A stretch of DNA of 64,000 nt, from positions 32,248 through 96,247 of the forward strand of contig NIVC01003471.1 in the NCBI GenBank assembly GCA_002269645.1. Reading direction: 5' to 3'. A program made the position numbers and the translations under genes. The notes beneath the pieces were generated by a model that was not told the origin of the DNA, did not search any database, and saw only the letters and a list, made by a program, of their open reading frames with translations. Position 1 is the stretch's first letter. Each line of letters opens with the position of its first letter. This DNA is from Macrostomum lignano (Eukaryota). Of the stretch, positions 56,101-64,000 are shown in pieces.

Positions 56101-57544
56101 ATTAGAATTTTAGGTGATTAGAATCCTCAGGTGATGGTTAGAATCCTCAGGTGATGATTAGAATCCTCGTGCAATGGCTAGAATCCACAGGTGATGCTCA
56201 GAGTCATCAGGTGATTAGAATCCTCAGGTGATGGTTAGAATCCTTAGGTAATGATTAGAATCCTCAGGTAATGATTAGAATCCTCAGGTGATGATTAGAA
56301 TCCTCAGGTGATGATTAGAATCCACAGGTGATGCTCAGAGTCATCAGGTGATTAGAATCCTCAGGTGATTAGAATCCTCAGGCAATTAGAATTTTAGGTG
56401 ATTAGAATCCTCAGGTGATGGTTAGAATCCTCAGGTGATGATAAGAATCCTCGTGCAATGGCTAGAATCCACAGGTGATGCTCAGAGTCATCAGGTGATT
56501 AGAATCCTCAGGTGATGGTTAGAATCCTTAGGTAATGATTAGAATCCTCAGGTAATGATTAGAATCCTCAGGTGATGATTAGAATCCTCAGGTGATGATT
56601 AGAATCCACAGGTGATGCTCAGAGTCATCAGGTGATTAGAATCCTCAGGTGATGGTTAGAATCCTTAGGTAATGATTAGAATCCTCAGGTGATGGTTAGA
56701 ATCCTTAGGTAATGATCAGAATCCTCGGGTGATGATTAGAATCCTTAGGTAATGATTAGAATCCTCAGGTGATGATTAGAATCCTCGAGTAATTATTTCG
56801 AGACCAGCAACTGTCTAAGGCAGCGAAGCCTCACCTGAATGGCATCTAGCAAGGCATCCGGGCTGATCTGGCCGCTGGGCCGCACGGTGTGAAGCAAGTC
56901 AGACAGACTGATCAGCTCGAGTCGAAGACAGGCATAGATGCTGCGCGCCTCAACAGGCGTCAGTTCGTTTGGCGGACGGGCGAGGCACCAGGCGCGCACA
57001 GCGTTGAATATCTGGCATTCGTCAGCGAAGAAGCTGTCCCGCGAGATGAGCTGCACCAGGGCCTGGCGGGACAGGCTCAGGAAGCCGGCGCTGGCGCTGC
57101 TGACCAGCGACACCTGCTGCTGATGAGGCTGGAGATGCTGAGGCTCAGGGCTGTTCGCTGCGCTGATTGGCTGCAAGGAAGTGAGCATGGAAGGAAGACT
57201 CGGTAAAATCCATAGAACAAAGATCAATTTATTAATAAAGTTGGTTGCTCGGAAATAATTTTGATTCTTTCAAATCAAGCCCATAGAAGGTATTAAAAAC
57301 ATTTAGCCACCTGCTGCTGCTGAGAAGTGTTGAGCACGGACTCAAGAATTTTGCTGGCATTTCGGTCGAGAAACTCCAAACAGGTGGAGCATAGAGACGA
57401 CAGACTGTAGGCAGTAGCCAAATTGTACACCAGCGCTATGTTGTTGTGGGTCAGACTGGCTTTGAGAAACTCGGACAGAGCTGTCTCCAGTTGGACAAAG
57501 TTGAATTGGTGAGCCAGGCCTAGGAGGTCCAAGATGGCGTCCTC
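53169..57544 (-). CDS. BTBD9: BTBD9 (BTB-BACK-two F5/8 type C-like domains), 3' part. Exons 57544-57311, 57170-56835, 55905-55618, 55112-54672, 53699-53169; upstream BTB exon(s) not found in the window
   Basis: LLGLAHQFNFVQLE, ISRDSFFADECQIFNAV, YRGILLPEENLAT, LLLWDKD.RSYSYYIEVS...DW..VIDH..YLCRSWQELYFP, DWDSGYTCHQLG, NTANEVFHVVHFQCP all match BTBD9. All junctions are GT-AG, phase 0. Confidence 0.92.
53745..54600. repeat. 27-bp quasi-palindromic minisatellite (gtacacctgtgataggaattctatggt), ~31 copies, in the last coding intron of BTBD9
   Basis: Tandem units; most contain GAATTC. Confidence 0.96.
55146..55632 (-). repeat. 26-bp minisatellite made of the BTBD9 exon end plus 5' splice site (TAGCTACTATATTGAG|GTGAGTCAAA)
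   Basis: actcacctc occurs at exact 26-bp spacing from 55196 to 55612 (17 copies), plus 2 degenerate distal copies. Confidence 0.95.
55925..56790. repeat. ~19-22-bp degenerate minisatellite (gattagaatcctcaggtgat), BTBD9 intron
   Basis: Tandem units with internal block duplication. Confidence 0.9.
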
Positions 57545-58058
57545 CTATAGAGTTTGTTTTGTGGTTTAATAGGTTTTTAGAGTTTACTAGCAATCTTTGC
57601 CCCCCCCCCAATGGAAAAAGCAATAGAAAAAGCAAACAAAGTATAAGCAGACATGCCACTTTCTTAACTATGGACTATATGAACAAGATATAGGCAATAT
57701 ATGTTCCTGGCGAAATTCAAAAATTGGGGGCATGTTTTTTGAAAATTTGTTTTTTGGCAATTTAAAAGCAATAAAGCTAAAAAATAAATTTATTTGAGTT
57801 TTAAAAAGTTAGAAACATCTATAAAAGCACAAATTATTCACATATAGCCTTATTTTTAATAAAATGATTTGTAGATTATTTGTAGAAATTACTGTAGAAG
57901 CCAGGTAACACATTGGAAGTCCTATAAGGATCAGAAAAATTGCATTTTACTCAGCTTCTACAGAAGCAATTTGGAAAATTCTTTCTTCTCGCATATATGC
58001 CACGATGATACATATTTTAGTGTAATTTCATTGTTCTTTGTCACTTAATAAGCATATA

Positions 58059-59307
58059 TTCAGTTGGGGAGAAAGTTCCCGCAGTTTCTAGAACTTTCTG
58101 TCTAAGAACTTTCTGGGACATTCCAGAGCCCAGCTGTGTGGGTATATATTGAGGGTGGGTGTGTGTGATTCTAACATGCTATTTAAACCAAAGAGATTAC
58201 TCACTAGTCAGCAGCATTATGGATCTCTCTCGGGCCTATATTTGTGGTCTCCTGCTCTACGACTTCAAATCTGGACTGTCAGCCGCAGAATCCAGCCGCT
58301 GCATCAACGCTGCATTTGGTGCGGGTACTGTGTTTGAAAGCACTGCCCAGGACTGGTTTGCGCGGTTTTGCCAGGGAAATTTTAACCTCGAAGATTTGCC
58401 CCAGTCAGGCCATCCCTCCAAGGTTGATGACGACCGGCTGCGCAGACTCGTAGAGGCTGACCCTCGGCAAACCACGCGTGAGTTAGCGCAAGTCCTTGAT
58501 GTAGACCATAAAATGGTCACCAGTCATTTGCATCAGCTGGGCAAGGTGGTACAAGCTGGCACAATGGGTACCCCACCAATTGTCAGATTGGGACAAGGAG
58601 CGCAGGGCAGAGGTGGCCACTTCTCTCCTCTCCTACAGGCGCACGCACAACTGGCTGAAGTCCATCGTTATAGGCAATGAAAAGTGGTGCCTGTACGTCA
58701 ACATCAAATGTCGACGATTATAGGTTGATGCTGACGCGACACCTGAGCTGCAGCCAAAGTCCGGACTCTACCCATGCAAGGTCATGCTGTGCGTGTGGTG
58801 GGACTGCAAGGGCATCATCTACTACGAACTGCTGCCACCCAACACATTGATTATAGCCGACCTATACTGCCAACAGCTAGACCGATTGGCCGCCGCCATT
58901 GCACAGAAGCATCCAAACCATGGCCTGGTACGATTCCTCTATGATAACGCTCGTCCACACACGAGCTAGGGTGACTCGCCAAAAGCTACTGGACCTTGGC
59001 TGGGAATTTGTGCCCCATCCACCATATTCACCAGACTTGGCACCAAGCGACTATCACCTGTTTTTGTCTCTGGCCAACGCCTTGAACAACAAAACCTTCG
59101 CTGATGATGAAGAGCTTGATAACTGGCTGAACAACTTTTTCACTTCAAAGCCAGAGAAATTTTACAGTGATGGTATTATGAGTCTGCCTGAAAAATGGCA
59201 GAAGGTGATCGATTGTGATGGTGATTATTTTGTTTCTTAATTGGCTTTTTTAAAAAACTGTTTGACAGAAAGTTCTAGAAACCGTGGGAACTTTCTCTCC
59301 AACCAAA
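58059..59307 (+). mobile_element. Full-length mariner (Tc1/mariner, DD34D type) element, 1249 bp, in a BTBD9 intron
   Basis: 44-bp TIRs with 5 mismatches (TTCAGTTGGGGAGAAAGTTCCC... / TTTGGTTGGAGAGAAAGTTCCC...); TA duplication at 58057-58058 and 59308-59309. Confidence 0.93.
58219..59240 (+). pseudogene. Inactivated mariner transposase
   Basis: WVPHQL, GNEKW (first catalytic D replaced by N), MLCVWWDCKGIIYYELL, YDNARPH, HPPYSPDLAPSDYHLF. Two frameshifts and an internal stop. Confidence 0.92.
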
Positions 59308-59699
59308 TAGTAAGCATTTGATTTGGATACTGGGTTCACATTTTGTGGTACCATTTTTACCAAAAAATTTAAGTCTAAATATAAGCATATCACATACACT
59401 AATACTATGCAAGTTGATATTTTAATGAAAGAAAACAACTTGACAATTTTTTTCAACAAGGAATTAGCAGTATATTTACTTTTAGAGAAAGACAAGCTGT
59501 TAAAACCCGCGGATTTTGAACCCGGGGAATTCCAATCCCGGAACTATTTTTGCATATTGAGATTAAACTCAAACAAAAACATTTATTAGTTGGGATAGAG
59601 TTAAACATAAAATAGAGTACATTCGTGTAAAATTAGGATTTGGGGCAAACATTGATATTGTTGGCTGGGGTGCTGCGCAGAATGTCAGGAAAACTCTGG

Positions 59700-61330
<1,631 letters not shown>

Positions 61331-61959
61331 AATAGTCTATTTCTTTTCACTCTCATCTGGCCCGTAGCCATGAGCTGGATTCTTTATCTGGCCTTTGAGA
61401 TAAAAATCTGCCGATCCCTGCTTCGAAAGCCAGTTTGTGGGACGTAGTACTATCATGGTTGTTATCATTTCCCATGCTTTAATCACGTCATCTTTCTGGT
61501 CAATTAGCAGCCCTGAGAGAAATTTGTATATCTCCAGCTCCACCACCACAGTCTGCAGCAGTCTAACAACCATGGAAATACGCATTTCTTAGGAGGCCAT
61601 TTAAATTTTAAAGTACCTTATGCGAATCTTAATGTTAAAATTTTTATGGTGTAACTTATTTAGTAGGATTGCATTGTAATAAGTTATTCATTAATTTTTC
61701 GATATTTTTATAAACCATCCCACATCGCCTTGATTTGCCATCCTTGTTTAACTGCTGCAGACTTGTCCATTCAGAGGAAAGGAAAGTGGTTTAAAATTGA
61801 ATCTCTCGCTAAACTGTCTCTCCTCTCCACGCCTCTCCACTCGCGGGGGTGCAGAGAAGGCTATTAAAAAGTTATTCCAAAACACTGTACATTCGCTATG
61901 TACATTCAGTCCTATCGCCTGACCCTTCGTCTGAGCTGGGGGAATGAGTGAGTGAGCGG

Positions 61960-62597
61960 CACAAACAACAGAAAAAGCAGACAAACTTCACATGCTTACA
62001 GTTTCTGTCCTGATTGAGATACAGAGTTGAGACTTTACATGTAGGCAGAGAATGAGTCAATAAAGAATTGTGTCAAATTTGAAGTCAATCGCTTTATTTG
62101 GAGCAAACTTATGGCAGCTGAAAGTTAGTCAATTTTGAAACCCTTTTACACATCTGGGCCCAGATCGGGATCGAGAAAGAGAGGCAGGCGGGCGGAGGTT
62201 GGGGTGGTTGCTACGCTGAAAAAAGCAGCCTAACTTTAAAAGTGCACCGCGCCGTTCAGGATTAACTTTGAAACTCGAAATTTTACATGATTGTTCCAAA
62301 ATAGTTGAAGATTATCTGTGTCAAATTTGAAGAGAATCGGTAAAAGTGGAACGGCGCTATGGAGGATTTAGTGAAAAAATCGCGCATTTTGAGCAGTTTT
62401 TTGTACTTTTAGGTAGGAAGACTCAAATTTAGGAAATTTAAAGGTAGCCTAAGACATTCTCCGTAGTGAGTTTAGGGTGGGTGTAAAATTTGGTGTCATT
62501 TGGTTGAGCGGTTTGGGAGTCCATAGCGATCAAAATTGTCCACACACAGACAGACACACATACACACACACAGAGTTTTGATTTTTATATGTAGAGA
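61960..62597 (-). mobile_element. Probable 5' portion of a second non-autonomous Helitron family; left boundary uncertain
   Basis: Minus strand reads A|TCTCTACATATAAAAATC followed by (TG)n/(TCTG)n, with internal aaatttgaa..aatcgg motifs like those of the 39-45 kb element. No 3' hairpin/CTRR located. Confidence 0.45.
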
Positions 62598-63529
62598 TGT
62601 TTGTTAACAAACTTTGCACTTTAAATTAGTATGAATTTTTGTGAGTTATGCGATTTTAGAAAAACTTAGAAACCATTTATCTTTTGAGTAAAATAAAAAG
62701 TAAAACACAGAAGACTTTCTGTTTTGTAAGTAGTAAAAAATTAGCCTTCTCTAAGGTCTATGAGTCTTAAAATTGACTGTTTGCATTTTCGCATTTAAGA
62801 ACTTTGTTTTTGCAGGAAAAGTATTAAAAATGACTAAACAAATAACTTTTATACTGTCTTGCACTAATAAAAAAGTAAAACAAAAAATTGCAAATAAGTC
62901 AACTTAGACTTTTAAATTCTTTTTATGGTTTTTTTACTTGTTTATTAAATGATGTAAAGCATAAAAAAGTTTTTTTTCTAGAAATTTTTAAAGACTTATT
63001 TGTCTTTCAAAAAGCTTTTTTAAATATATTGTCATTACCCTCTATTGAATGTCCACAGATTTTACCATTTTATCCCACATTTTTAGATTTTGCCTCTTAT
63101 AACTAGGGTGAAGCATAATCAACTGAACATAAAAGTATCATTTTTCGACCTTCTTTTTTGCATAGCAAAAAAGTTTTATATGTAGTGAAATAAAACTACC
63201 CAGAAGTTGTTTAGAACATTTTTTCTTTTAAATGAATGGTCGCTTTACTTTATTGCACAAGTAGAAAAAAAGCTATTGATGATTTTATTTCAAAACGATC
63301 GATGATTCTAGGGTATCTTCAAACCGAACAGGGTATCTGACATTTGGTTTTTGTGTTTGAACACTAATAACTTTTTATTTCTTGTTTGTTTCTTCTGAAA
63401 TATATACAGTGCTGGGCGTTAACTAGTTAATTGTTTAACTAGTTAATTAACTAGTTAAATTTTAAAAAAAATCGTTAAATTTTCGTTAAATTTTTTATGT
63501 ATTAACTAGTTACACTATTTATGTATTAA

Positions 63530-64000
63530 CCCCCACTATACCACTAGACTAACTAATGCCAGGGCGTGGGGTGGCGAGCCCCCCACTATACCACTAGACT
63601 AACAAATGCCAGGGGCGTGGGGGGCGGCCAGCCCCCCACTATACCACTAGACTAACTAATGCCAGGGCGTGGGGGCGGCCAGCCCCCCACTATACCACTA
63701 GACTAACTAATGCCAGGGCGTGGGGGGCGGCTAGCACTATACCACTATACCACTAGACTAACTAATGCCAGGGGCGTGGGGGGCGGCGAGCCCCCACTAT
63801 ACCCACTAGACTAATAATGCCAGGGGCGTGGGGGGCGGCCAGCCCCCCACTATACCACTAGACTAACTAATGCAGGGGCGTGGGGGGCGCAGCCAGCACT
63901 ATACCACTAGACTAATAAATGCCAGGGGCGTGGGGGGGCAGGCAGCCCCACTATACACTAGACTAACTAATGCCAGGGGCGTGGGGGCGCCAGCCCCTAC
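63530..64000 (+). repeat. ~57-60-bp minisatellite (ccccactataccactagactaactaatgccaggggcgtggggggcggccag), running off the window end
   Basis: About 8 units. Confidence 0.9.

Noticed and set aside
61337-61585. 82-aa minus-strand ORF as the missing BTB exon of BTBD9
   Set aside because: No BTB motifs (HR.ILAARS.YF) in any frame checked.

Overview
Eukaryotic (animal) genomic DNA. GC-rich exons are separated by introns, most of which carry their own minisatellite. This style resembles the flatworm Macrostomum lignano, but that is inference only. I could reconstruct six spliced protein-coding genes by hand: (1) GBF1 Arf-GEF (+, 16 exons, 2572-25461); (2) cystinosin CTNS (+, 4 exons); (3) a divergent Na,K-ATPase beta-subunit-like gene with a ~300-aa N-terminal extension (+, 3 exons); (4) a CAP59/GT69-like type II membrane glycosyltransferase (-, 2 exons, horizontal-transfer candidate); (5) selenoprotein W (-, 2 exons, in-frame UGA plus SECIS, missed by the ORF track); (6) the 3' part of BTBD9 (-, 5 exons; the BTB exons were not found in the window). 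Mobile DNA comprises an intact Ty3/Gypsy (Mag-like) retrotransposon with identical LTRs in GBF1 intron 1, a head-to-tail pair of non-autonomous Helitrons carrying telomere-type repeats, a piggyBac-like transposase remnant, a dead full-length mariner and a small foldback element. Most long ORFs in the supplied track are translation artefacts of tandem repeats. The most striking observations are a BTBD9 intron made of 17 perfect tandem copies of its own exon/5' splice-site junction, the CAP59-like gene, the SelW SECIS with an extended apical stem, and the Helitron dimer. Exon boundaries were read manually from GT/AG signals, frame continuity and remembered family motifs. No database search was run.
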